From Ascidiella aspersa (Eukaryota), in assembly GCA_963924565.1 (NCBI GenBank), contig OZ004610.1, positions 5,952,001 to 6,016,000 on the forward strand: DNA of 64,000 bases, in the 5' to 3' direction. A model generated the notes under the pieces. That model ran no database searches. It was not told the origin of the DNA and worked only from the letters and a program-made list of their open reading frames with translations. The first letter of the stretch is position 1, and the number at the start of each line of letters is the position of its first letter. The translations under genes were made by a program, and so were the position numbers. Positions 1-12,500 of the stretch are shown here, one piece after another.

Positions 1-179
1 TATTTAAATATATTTAATTTATTTTTTTTTATTATGGCTAAAATATTACGTTGTAGAAATAAATAAATCTGCAATCATTTGTAATTGCATTATTAACAAA
101 ATGGCTCCAAATTCTTTTGCTTAATTACTATATAAAAAAACATTTTTTTTTTACTTTGTAATTATTCCTTATAGGCCTA

Positions 180-665
180 GTAATAAACTACTTTAATCAT
201 TTATGTTAGTATTGTTAAGATGTTGACATTGATTAACATAGCCCAGTGTTCGTTAACAAGGCCTGATTTTAACACCTAATAAAACTATTGAAAAAGTAGG
301 CCTATTTGGAATAAGGTATTTTTTTCCGTTTTTAGACAACTTGCAAATTTTGCGTTGCTAGGGCAGCAGATTACATTTGTGTGTCTTAAGATCTAAACAT
401 TCATTTATTTATTTACTTTAACTGGTTAAAATATTCCGTAAAAATGCAATCGATTTTAAATGTTGATTGACAAAGTTGCTGCAAATTCTGTTTAATCACT
501 ATTTAGACAAAAATCATTTATTATACGTTGTAATAAATTGAAATAAACTACTTTTAACTATGTTTGCTATTACTACCAAGATGTTGACATTGATTAACAT
601 AGGCCATTGTTGGTTAACAAAGCCGGTTTAAACCAGCTGATAAATATATTTTAAAAGTAGGCCTA
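180..665. repeat. Degenerate direct repeat (~125 bp, spacing ~360 bp)
   Basis: AATAAACTACTTT...AAGATGTTGACATTGATTAACATAG...AAAAGTAGGCCTA at about 182-304 and 542-665. Confidence 0.75.
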
Positions 666-1834
666 CTAATATAAATAACCTATTTATCACTCCATGTATA
701 TTTACATTACATGTGAATCCAGTGATTTAGTTTTTCAGCAACAAAAAAAAAATGTAAATTAAGTTGTTTTTTATAATGATTTTTTCGTCACTAAACACTA
801 TACTTCCCATTTAACTTGAATCCACTTAAGTAACTGTTTTCAAATGACTCGATTTGGACTGCCATTTTATCAAATAAATTGGGTTAAAATTAAGTGTTTT
901 TATTACATATTTGTTCAAAAACAAAATTGGTTCATTTATTTTAATTTTTTACCATGTAATAAGTTGCTTACTGCATAGCCTATTGGCTGAATATTCTATG
1001 GTATTGCTCATAACCCGACTAGTTTAACGTTTAACTATTATATCAATGACTTGACTTGGAGTTGGCTTGTTGTAATAATTGCTTGACTCCCAATCGGAGT
1101 CGAGACTTGACTTAAGTAACTGATAGTTTTCAAGTTTTAGTTTCTACCCATTCAGTTTAGTGTTCGTAGAGTCGAAAAGTATGGTGGTAAAGGTCTTACT
1201 TGTCGAAATTTCTAACTATAGATTTTTTTATTTATAACCGCGTAAACACCTTCAATTAAACCGAACCATACCTGAAGCCTGGACTGCTGTTTCGCTTTGT
1301 CTGGTTTATTTTTACCCGCGAAACGCTGAAACCTGAAACCTTAAACTTAAAGCGCGGGTGTAATAGTTAAACTAATTACGTCTGACACGTTATTTTGCGG
1401 TCATTCCCGAGCAAAACGTTGCCGGAAAACCACGGACTCCGACGTGGTGCAATTGCACGATTTTTTTTGTAAAGCGCCAACATTTTGATACGTTTAGAGC
1501 TTGCAGTCAGCCAGAAAATGAAAAAAGACCTCGGCACACCTTCTAAAAAGATTTTATATCTTAAAAATCGTAAACCACAAGAAAGTTTATAAATAGACTG
1601 ATATATGTTTTAATGGATAGTACGAATCTAGGTATTTCTGCATGTTTCGCGGCACACGGCACACGGATATTTCGAGCCACACTTTTATGCGGGCCACACA
1701 CACTTTGATAATCTCTGCTTGAAGGGTAATTTACAACATGTTTAACGCCACTGCTCTAAAAAAATTCACTGTACTTTGTACCCTAATTTTTTGTCAAAAC
1801 AACAGCATTGAACAGTATTTTTTAATGTTTATGT

Positions 1835-2047
1835 CAGGGGTTCCCTCTTTCTACCACTAAACAGCAATTAAGACATTATCAGAGCAAAATCAAGGTCAAT
1901 CGTCACACAAACTGAATATGTAAATAACTAATGTTTATTGTGTGTTGTATTTAGGTTACTGTATATTTGAAAGGTTGAAACAAATAGGAGGCCAATAATC
2001 AAAATTTTCAAAGGGGGCAACGGTTTAAAAAAGGTTGGGAATCCCTG
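1835..2047. mobile_element. hAT-type MITE
   Basis: Termini CAGGGGTTCCC / GGGAATCCCTG; 8-bp flanks GTTTATGT / GTTTATAT. Confidence 0.65.
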
Positions 2048-2303
2048 GTTTATATGGTATTTTTTAAAAGGTAACTTTCAGAGGAAGTCTGTGGTAGTTC
2101 AGGTTTTTACCTAAATACTTTTAGACAGACCGTAATGCATTTCTGAGTGAGCATAAACGCGATTCGCGGCGTTAGGAATAAGTCTCCAGTACCGCAGATT
2201 CACAGCAATCCTTAAGGTATTTATTAACGGTTTTGCGCTAAATCAAAAAATCTACAAATTTAGTTAACAGAAAAAACAGTGCTTTGGTTTAAATTTTATT
2301 TGT

Positions 2304-5043
2304 TTAGGTTGAAGCCAATTTCTTCCTAATTTGGCTAAAAGTGACAAAGAAAGAAGAACCAACAACCAATGCAGAACCGACCACGCTGGTCCATTCTACT
2401 TTGTACGGACGAAAAATCATTTCAAACGCAAACGAGAAGAAGACGCTGGTCGACATTATCAAAACCGCTTTTCCGGCCTTTTCATTTTGCAAGGCAAGAG
2501 TGAACATAACGGACGCGGACATCGAAATAATCGCTGCAGCCGCCATGACAAGCACATCGTGCAGGCAAGGCAGATATAATGTATTTCTGGCAATGGAAAG
2601 CAGCGACATGGTCAGTACGCCTGCCCAGGCGTAGTGGAACATTGAAAGGCTGAAGTGTATGTCTGTTCCCAGTTTGCGGATAAGGACAAACGTCACAGCG
2701 GATCCGAAGGCCGCAGAAAACGCTAAGACGCTTCCAAATGTCCTATCCGACTGGCTTGTCGAATCCGAACTCTCACCGAATATCACACTCGGTCGAGCTA
2801 TAAGAACAAGCCCGGCGACTGTGACGAAAGAAAGGATGCACTGAACAACACCATAGCGTTCTGAAAGACAAGAAGGAATTGATTGCCATATCAGCTTGTA
2901 TGGCATTTTAAGGGTTTTTCTAAGGACATTTTTTTTGATAATCGGTTTGTCAAGGGCTGTCTCTATTCAGTGTCATGAGTTAAGTAAAGCACTTAAGTCA
3001 CTCTTTTCAAATGACTTGTGTTGATTTGACTTGAGTCTTTCCGGCAAAATGACTTGACCTGAGATTTGTTTATGTTTACGCATATGAATTGACCTAAACT
3101 TAAGTGTTTTAATTGAAAAAATAGGTTATATGCAATAAATACTAAATAATAAATGTAAAAATCTTAACTTGTTTTTGTTTCGTTTTTGATGTCTGCTATT
3201 CGAAAACTGACCAGAAAAGTGGGTTTCCCCATTTTGTGAGTTTTAGACTAATTTTCAATGCCAATAATAATAATTAATGTGACTTGTATAAAACATGTTA
3301 TGGCAATGGCGCGGACTAAAATTGAGTTGGCGGAAGCGTTTCCTTCAAAGTGAATTGTTTAAGATAATTACAAAACGTGGTCTATATCTTAGTGTAAGTA
3401 AGACTATAAGAACTGTCCCTATTCTGGCATTGATAACAAAAAATCTTCTAATATATACTAGTGTGCATTAAAAGCATTAAAGAAAAAAAGGTTGTTTAAA
3501 GGCAACGCGTGTTTTTAAACAAAAGCACACATTATTGCCGCATTGATATTTATCGAAGAACGCAAAATTAGACAAATATTTGCTAATATTTTTATTGCTG
3601 ACAAATATATTTGTTAATTAGGATATTAACATTTTGTAGTATCCGGAAACTGAATATACCCGGATATTTGTACTTTTAACCGGATAATAAAAATCAATTA
3701 TCAGACTATCAGTCTTTTGTAATTTACGTTAATAGATTAATAGATCTAACAGTAAAACAGTTCAATGCTAGTAAAAATGCATTCCCCTACACAATAATTA
3801 AACCACCCATTTTGAATATTTACTTTATTACCAGTACTATTTTACTTTATTACCAGTACAACCATCAATCGATAAAATTGTGTAAACGCGGCCTTTTGTG
3901 TTTCTTTGTGAGTCACAATGACATAGGATTTAGGGGCTTGGTTTAATGATTGATTTAAGTAGGCTGCTTAACAGTAGATCAGTCAGTAATCACTAACAAC
4001 ACTAGAGATTGACTGCCAAATTTTAGTAGACCTAAGCCTCCAGTAGCTGACAGGAAGCGATACTTGTTAACTGCATTCTAGAAACGGTCTCCGTCGGCCC
4101 TGGTGGGTTTTGAGCAAACATTTACCTTCAGAACTTTTGGCGAAAACGGGCTGAAATAGTGTGAAAATGAACCGAAAACTTTTCGTATGATATCCAGTTA
4201 ACCGGAAAAAGTATACCCGGATATCAAATGGCAAAAAAACCCTCGGTTAATCGGTTAACCGCTATCCGGATAGCTCAACCCTACTAAACTTTGTATGGGT
4301 TTTAACTCGCAACAAACATATTGTGTTTACTTTGTCGGATATGCTGAGAGTAGTCCGGCACATAGGTTACACCCGCATTCAGGAACTTATGAGGCCTATT
4401 GTTTCCTGGTGTAACCGTTTCTTCAGCAGGGAAATTACACAGATTGAGTGTTCTACCTTATCCCACAAATTTACCATTCTGTAATATTACTTCTTAGGTT
4501 TCAATTCACCAGAAAAATGAAAATTTACCAGAGTAACAACTATGAAAAAATTGTGCGAGTAGGGTATTGGGACATGACCAACATTTTGGTTGGAAGCCAG
4601 TTTTATCCCATCGGTTTTAGATATATATTTATATACAAGCTGCGTAACTTACCTTTTAAGAAACATCTGGCAAATATGCCTGTTAAGATAACATTGCAAC
4701 TTATTATTGCCGACGCATCGCCGACCGGAATATAAATGATCGAATACAACCAGAACCAGTTGGCGAAGCATCCACAGAAAGCGCGACACAGCAAAATAAT
4801 GTTTACTTTGACTTGAGGTCGAAAAAAGCTGTCCCTTCTATAGCTAAGAATGGGCAGCATAAAACTGAACTGTACAACGCTTCTCGCTAGCTGCAGTTGT
4901 TCCGATTCTGGTTCATCTACGTACTTGACCAACACTCCTGATAAGGCGGCCAAAACAGCTGCGATAAGTGCAAATAAACAGCCCAACAATGACCGAAAGT
5001 TTTCTGAGCATGTTCCGGTCTTTACATCTTTCTCCTCTATCAT
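2304..5043 (-). CDS. SLC35G-like / EamA (DMT superfamily) multi-pass membrane transporter, 2 exons, ~315 aa
   Basis: Exon 1 5043-4653 (ATG at 5043, GT donor at 4652) joins exon 2 2860-2304 (AG at 2862-2861) in phase 1, giving ...CFLKE-RYGVVQ...; total 948 nt. Many hydrophobic helices and SLC35G-type motifs (ARSVVQF, IPVGDASAI, LIARPSVIFG, LIRKLG, ALQNEKAG). An additional upstream exon is possible. Confidence 0.85.
2968..3105. repeat. Dispersed GACTTGACTT / AAGTCAAGTC repeat family (MITE subterminal remnants)
   Basis: Similar clusters at about 1045-1120, 18360-18440, 46835-46945, 47140-47205 and 61315-61410. Confidence 0.55.
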
Positions 5044-8000
5044 AGTCTTTTTTAAACGGCAAATCACAGTTGTTGGCTAAAGAGTTGACAAACCTTAAAA
5101 CTACTGGCCTCCGGTCGCGTAGCTTTCATGTTTCTTTCAATGATTAACCACAGCCGTTCATGGTGCTTCTGCTGAATGAAATGTGCATTCTTGACGGATC
5201 ATCGCATTCGGTCATTGTCATTTCCTCAAATAATTTATTTAAAATTTTCATAATATTTTTATTGCTGTTTATTATAAAGCTAGCAATAACAGTTTCAAAA
5301 GTTAAAACAAAATTTAAACTTGTTCATCGAGTTCTTGCGGCTACATCGCCACATTTAACATTAATAAACATATTCACAGTAGCCTAACTCTGTACCTTAA
5401 CCTTAACCCATTGCTGATTTTCAAGCAAAAATCAAATTTTCAAGACAGCTTTTGCGAAAATCGTAGTAAAAATGTAAACAAAGGTAAGATCGATTTAATA
5501 ATTTTCTTCACCGGATTTTTTTAAATCTATTCATTGCATTTTTAAAGATTACCAAAAGTACTATCTTTTTGCTCTAGCGATTGTGTTCAACTAGGTTTTT
5601 GCACTAAATTAACTTTCCGAAAAGTTATTTAGATGAAAAGCAGCTGATAGGAAGAAATTTAAACTATCTTTATGTTGTTCAAAAATGTTTAAATGTGTAA
5701 TGGAGAGATATTAAAAAGAATTGTCCATGAGGAAAATGATTGTAACCGACCTTACGATCTACGTATTAGCTGTTTGAAAAAAAAAGGTAATTTTGCGAGA
5801 AAACCAGCGATGGTTTAATATTACTATCATTATGTTTACTAATGTTAGGTTTTGCAATGTGTATTTTCAGCCAAGAATTCGGTGAGAAACATGGTTAAAT
5901 TTTGTTAAACTATCAGAACAATGATTGCTAGCTTTATGGTAAACGGCATTAAAAAATTCTGAAAATGTCAAAAAGATATTTCACCAAGATGAAAATTGTG
6001 GTATTGCCTTTTGAAAGCAACGAAAAAGTGGCCAGACGGGGTGTTCCCGTTGGGTAATCGTCCGTAAGCTTGTCAGATTTGCATGACAGCTAACGGTAAT
6101 GACTTGCTATAGGTCATTTAATACTATTTAACGCATCTAAAGACGCTCGGTAGCAATTTTTGAATATTAATTATCAGTAATTCTAGCTGTATAATTCGAA
6201 GAATCAGAACAATAATCCTGCTAAATCGAATATAACTCATGGATTACGTCTGTGTTTTAATTTGATATAATTTTATAAACAAATGCCAAGGGTGTTTGAA
6301 CTTCAAGTTGTTCCGAATTTGGTCATCTACATCTTTAGGAAACTGAATTAACAAATAGCAAACATTTGATTTTGTCTCGCGTTTTATGGCCCGCGTGCTG
6401 CATTCAGCTTTTCATGTATGATAGTCAAGTCGGCGCCAAATAGATTTCAATGTTTACTACAGCGCAGTGGTTCTCAGATTTATATGCACTGCCGCCCCTA
6501 TACAGCAATTTATACATCATCCTCGCCCCCTACCATGTCAAACGACAAAAATTACGATATTTAATGTAGGCTATATACTATAAACAAGTACACCAATCAC
6601 AGAAAATTGCTCTTTCCCTGAGAAGTGTAAATCGTGAAAACCCCCGTTTGCTTTGGAAAGGCGATTTATTTTATATTTGATAGCAGTAGTGTCACGGATG
6701 AAAATCTTCTGGGACGACAATTTTCTTTGCAAATTGTACGCCGCGGCCACACACAGCATGCAGGCGGATCAAGGATTTTGTGTGACCTAGAAAAAAAAAC
6801 ATTTTTGTATTTGGGAAAAATACATTTGTTATATTTAGGACTTGAGTTCCTCTAAAACTATGGACTAAAGCACATTCGAAAGACAAGCAAGATTTGCGCC
6901 TCGTTCTAAATTTACCTATATTAAATTTGTTGTGGGCATGACCTACTCCACCCTGACGCTATTCGGGTGCAATGTAAAAGTAAGCCGATCTTAACAGTTT
7001 ATCAATAAATATTTGCTATTTCGTAATTACTTAGCCTTGTTTATTTTAAATGAAACGCAAACCAAAAAGTTTGGAACATACTTTATTGCTCCGAGGGTCA
7101 CAACTCACAAATGATCATGCTTGTTTTGGACCACACTAATTTAGTGTATCGCCCCTCCAAAGTTTTTGCATCTGAATAAAATGCGTGTCTAACCAGCAGG
7201 GTTTGCGGAGTCGTTTATATAGCTTGAGTCAGACTCGAGACTCTACTTTATTTTCTATAGGTTGAATTGGGACTCGAGTTTTAAACTGACTAACAGTGTA
7301 GGAATATACTAAATAGCGGAGCCTGTTGACGGCATTAGTCGAGCATATTGTATTGTAACAGATATCGCACATATAGGTGGGTTACAAAAAAAAATGTTTT
7401 GATACTAGATCCACTATACACAAGGTGTCCGATATTCGATACTTTATAGGCTACCGGTACGTTTGTCGCACTGGCCTTGCCTTACGACATTTTATTGAAT
7501 AGTGTACCATGGTATACCAAAGCAGGGTTGTGTTTTGTGCATATATGTATGTAGTAGTCTGTATAATGTTTTTTATTGTACGCAACCACCGAAGGCTTGA
7601 TGTTATGTAACTTGATATTTTTTGGTTGTTAGCTACAGCGTCCTCGTAGTTTGGGTTGTAATATGTAATATTATCAAAGTTAATGTGTCTCCGGTCAACA
7701 TATTTGTTATATCAGCTAAGCTCGCCAGAGAAATCATTTCGCTTTGATTCAAATATAATTTTTAAGCGGTTCGTGCAACGTGAGTTGCGTTTGATGTCAT
7801 TGTTATCTGCTGCGTAATTATAGAAGTTATTTAACTCCTTTTATACTCGAAATTCGAAAAAAAGAGTAGGCGGAGTCCCGCGTTGTAAACTTTAATTGGT
7901 AACAAGCTATTGCTGTCAGCCATAATGTATAAACGAGTGTTGCTCACTGTGAGCAACTCTCGGTTATAATTTGGTAACTTTAAGGTTTAGTATTGTTTCA

Positions 8001-8591
8001 TAGTTTGTAGTTGTGTCGTCATAAAATTACAATGGCGGTCAACTATAGAAACAAAATATTCTACTGTTGACTGGTTACAGGTGTACAGCATGTGTAGGGC
8101 CTACCGGAATCGTGTCATTGTGTTTTGGAGATAGAATTGCAGGTTAAACGTGTATTCAGATCAGCAGGCGCCAAAATTAGCTTAACTGCCAGTAGTGGAT
8201 TTTATACATAGAGTACAGTAGCTCTGCCAAGGAATAATATTTTAGAAAGTTAAGTTATATTGGTTGTTTTTCTGTTATACTATCAATATACAAATTTGCC
8301 AAAATGTCGGCACTGGTCTAGAATCCTACCACATTTTAGCCCGAAGATTATATTGCTAACAATATTTGGGGTTAGGATGCGAGTTAGCGTTTGGGTTTGG
8401 GTGGGTCAAGTAATAATGTTACGGTGTAGGCCCTATTTATTCTCACATATTCATACCCTCCCAACTTTGACAACTCGTTTCTTGAATGTTAAAATAAATG
8501 TGTTAGATTGAATCGGTTGTGTAAACTGTAATACGTGTTCAGGTTGCTGCCAAAACTTAATTAACTTTTTTGCCAATGCATCACTACACAA

Positions 8592-9298
8592 CAGGGCTCT
8601 TACAAATGAAAACGAGAAAATCCCTAAAGCTATGTCAAAAAATCCCTAGATGGCATCAAAAATCCCTAAACCTTAATTAGCGCGTTATAATATTATATAA
8701 TCACATTAGTCAAAATATGGCTAGTAGGGGTTCATATATATATATATATACAAATTAACCATATTTACATGCTAAAACTGAACTTTAGATATTCCCATAT
8801 TTTTTGAATAACTATACATTGTGCAGCTGTAGCCTATAGGTCTAGCCTACTATTGTTCATTATGTCTAGCTACTCATTTGAGCAGCAATGTGTCGACTTA
8901 CTTCACCTGATGCCATTTTAATTAAAATTACATCTTTAACCTAATCACATTAGGAAAAATTGACTAAGTTAGTAGCCTACAATGTATAATGCACAATAAC
9001 GCAACAATTAACAAATTCATGCCAGGTATTAAATAGGCTGAGCAGTTTCAGTTACTTTTAAAATTTTAAATAATTTTCCAAATGAACAGAAACAAGTAGG
9101 CTGGCATATCTTGAACCTGTTTTTTTTTAAATTGCTATTCAGTTAACATTTACTAATTAACAAATCATACAATACGATTTGCAAAAAAAGGACAAAATAA
9201 CCCCAAAAAATCCCTAGATCATCAAAATTCCCAGATTTGTCTCTAAAAGGGGCTAAAAGTTCCAATTTGGAACTAAATCCCTAAAAGTGATAGCACTG
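8592..9298. mobile_element. Non-autonomous hAT-type element with subterminal AATCCCTA repeats
   Basis: Perfect 8-bp TSD CTACACAA on both sides; short TIR CAGGGCT / AGCACTG; AATCCCTA(A/G) repeated near both ends. Confidence 0.7.
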
Positions 9299-9585
9299 CT
9301 ACACAATGAACTATTTTATTAGGCCTTCTTTGCATAGGAAAGATGGTATGACGTCATAAGATATCGCATCAGACCGCAAAAGTTTTTGTTCAAAACTTCC
9401 GTATGAATAAAATGTTAAGCACCAGACAATATTGGTAAAAAGTAGTAAAAAGCACTACATTTTATTCAACCGTATTTTTTTCATTAAACAGCATGTGGTA
9501 TTGGAGGTTTAAACTGAAAAATGTGTAACTGTGACCTAAACAGCAAAACTCCTTAAGTTGCTATAGCGTCGGCCAGAAGAAACTC

Positions 9586-12500
9586 ATGGGAGCCGGGAGT
9601 TCGGCCCAACATGCGGCTTCAGGCGGCGCAGCTGAAGCTGTCGGCTTTCATTCGGCTGTTTTCACTTTCTTGGCAGCCAACGGAAAGATGATAGCAGCGT
9701 TGGCCGTAGCGTCTGTAGTTATCGTGGCCTCTGTTGCCATTCCTACAGTGATATTAACTCAATCGGGCAACAACGAGACCACAGATGCGACAGAGATATA
9801 TTCTGGCGACATAGTTGATGGTGAGTTCTATATTTTTTATTTTGCTCGTCATATATATCCTCACGTCCGACGACTTTTCATTGAGTGACATCTGAGCCCT
9901 ATAGCGATTGATGTGAAGTAACAAGTAACGCCAGATGCAATATGAAGAGCAGTCTTGACCGAGTACGTTTCCGTTACACACCTGATTTGTTTCCTCTTTT
10001 TAAATTTGTTATTTATCTTGCACGGTGGCGTGTAGCCCACCCCATGTGCCACCAAGCATATCAGAAAGACTAATACAGCGGTCTGAAAAATAGCTTTAGT
10101 GATGTCAAATATAAATGTGTAAACAGTATATAAAGTAAGGTCAAACAGCATTCTAGTTGCCATAATTTCCTAAGTCTTGCGTAAATACTTAGGCCAGAGT
10201 GTTTTCAAACTGTGGTTGTGAAGTGTTATTTAAAACATTGACTAACAATTGTGTTAGGTGAGGCACATTGTATCATTGTTTTGTTGACAATATTATAATA
10301 GTTTGTAGATAGTAAACAGTATGTAGTATAGTAATAATTTAAAAGTTAGACCAATTCTCTACCATGTGTTACCTGTTTAAGAAATTGATAGGATCCGCAT
10401 GTCAAAAAAAGTTAGATAACAGTTGGTTTAAAATAAAAAAATGTGCTCGCAGTAAACGCATACGGTTGAATTATGGACACAGCAATAATTTCTGGTGGCC
10501 AAAAGGTTTTCCTTAATTGAGGTCTACAAGTTTCGATGGGTCTTTGTAAGAAAAAATCAGCTTTGCAAACAAGGTTATTAAACTGTTTATCCATTTTTAC
10601 TCCCATCAACAAGGGTTTATCAACTCAGCTTTTATTTAGATTTCTTAGTGTATTAGATGCAGATTTTAAATTTCATATGAAAAGTCGGATGTCGTGTTCA
10701 GTTATGAGCCTAATCAGATTATACCAACTTTATGAATAAAAGGCAGACCTATATTTTAGCATATTGCAAACAAGGAAGGGTGCTCTAATTGTTGGCAAGA
10801 AAGCGAGTTAATGAAGTCCAAAGTGTCCCGCTTAATTTTGGCCGCCTCGTTAAATGTATTTATATATTTCACAAAAGACGGACTGTCCACTGCAGACGTT
10901 TGGCAATTCCCATAACTTCGGCAGAAACGTCGCCGGACACAGTAGCAACAGCAGCAGCAGATGAGGTTTTAACCAGCAAAGGCGCACAACCTTCAACTAC
11001 AACGACAATCGCGCCGACGAAAGCGACGAGCGCGACAGAAGCGACAACCCTACAAGCTGCCAGTTCAGCAGCGGCGACCACCACGACTGTTGTCATAACG
11101 ACAGCAACGACTACTACTGAAAGGCCGACATTCCGTGAGCAGTTGTTTTTCTTTTTGTATAGGAATGCCCGATATGTACCTCATTGGCTATACCTGGGAA
11201 GACCAACTTTTAGCAGAATGAGCCGCATTGCAACTCTAAGAATATCAAAGGGCCACAAAACCTATTATTAAAAATCGAGTTTACATGCCGCATCATGCCA
11301 TGGTACGACACCTTTGGGCTGATATATCTCCATAAAACGGTCCGCAAAAACACACATGTAGAAAAACACACATTGCACAATGATGGGTCCACAAGTGTTC
11401 GATGGATGTTGAAACGCGACATTAGACTCCATTATAGTCTTAAAAAAATATAAGATTAGGCCTACATCAAATACTGCGCCTTCTACACGTTTTGATGATA
11501 GTCGAAACAATTGTTTTAAATAAAGGCTTCTGAAAGTGAGAATAAGTGTTACATGGCCGCACGTAAACATGGCCGCCTCGGGTTGAACATCCCTGGGCCA
11601 TATTGTTCTAGTGTAGGCTTATATACATTTGGAAATTGTCAGTTATATAGTTAACGACCAAATGACTAGGGTTGTTTTAACACTCGTTATAAATGGGTTT
11701 TTCGGAGATGACGCATTCAAAGCTAACGGCCACATAGTATCACGACATCTTTTATCCCTAAAATAATACCTGATACAAAACGAACATTATGTCTTTGGTA
11801 TAGTATTAGTGAAACATAAATAGAACCGGTTATTCTTAAAATACCATAAATGACTCTGTGAAGGTTCAACTTGGACGCCGGGTTTAATTACACTCTTTGT
11901 TTGCAAAATTTTTGTGAGCAACAAGTCCCTTGTCTTGTATGTTGCTTGCTTATTGTTATCGCACGAACTTTCGTAATTCTAAGAATTAGAAATTATGCTA
12001 TCATTAAGTTCGCCTTTCGATTCATTAAAAACATTATGAAAGCATCAATCGATAGTTTACCGATTTACAATTTATTTTTATTTTTTTATTTACATACATT
12101 GATGCCTGTATATCCGTAAATAGAACAAGCAGCAATGCAGATTTATGACACCCGGCTGTATTATGAAAGCATCAATTGATAGTTTACCGATTTACAATTT
12201 ATTTTTATTTTTTTATTTACATATATCGATGCCTGTATATCCGTAAATAGAACAAGCAGCGATGCAGATTTATGGCACCCGGCTGTATGGTTAATTCGCA
12301 ATTATAAGTTGTCATTTATTCGCTCTTTAGCGACTCGAGTGTCGGACGCGGTGCATTACGACTACGAGTGGACCAACTTGACTTGGTCAGTAGCGAAGGA
12401 CTTTTGCGAGCAGCGTGGCCGCAGTCTTTGTACAGCTGCCGAGATATGCGTTGACTCTGTACCGGTTCTTACTGGCGTCTTCTGGGACGAGAATCGCTGG

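Noticed and set aside
2331-2844. Plus-strand ORFs overlapping SLC35G exon 2 (also 4850-5080)
   Set aside because: Antisense shadows of a real coding exon; no independent features.
10896-10924. Alternative acceptor at 10894-10895 for exon 2 of the mosaic gene
   Set aside because: Phase 2, incompatible with the phase-1 donor at 9820; the acceptor at 10923-10924 fits.
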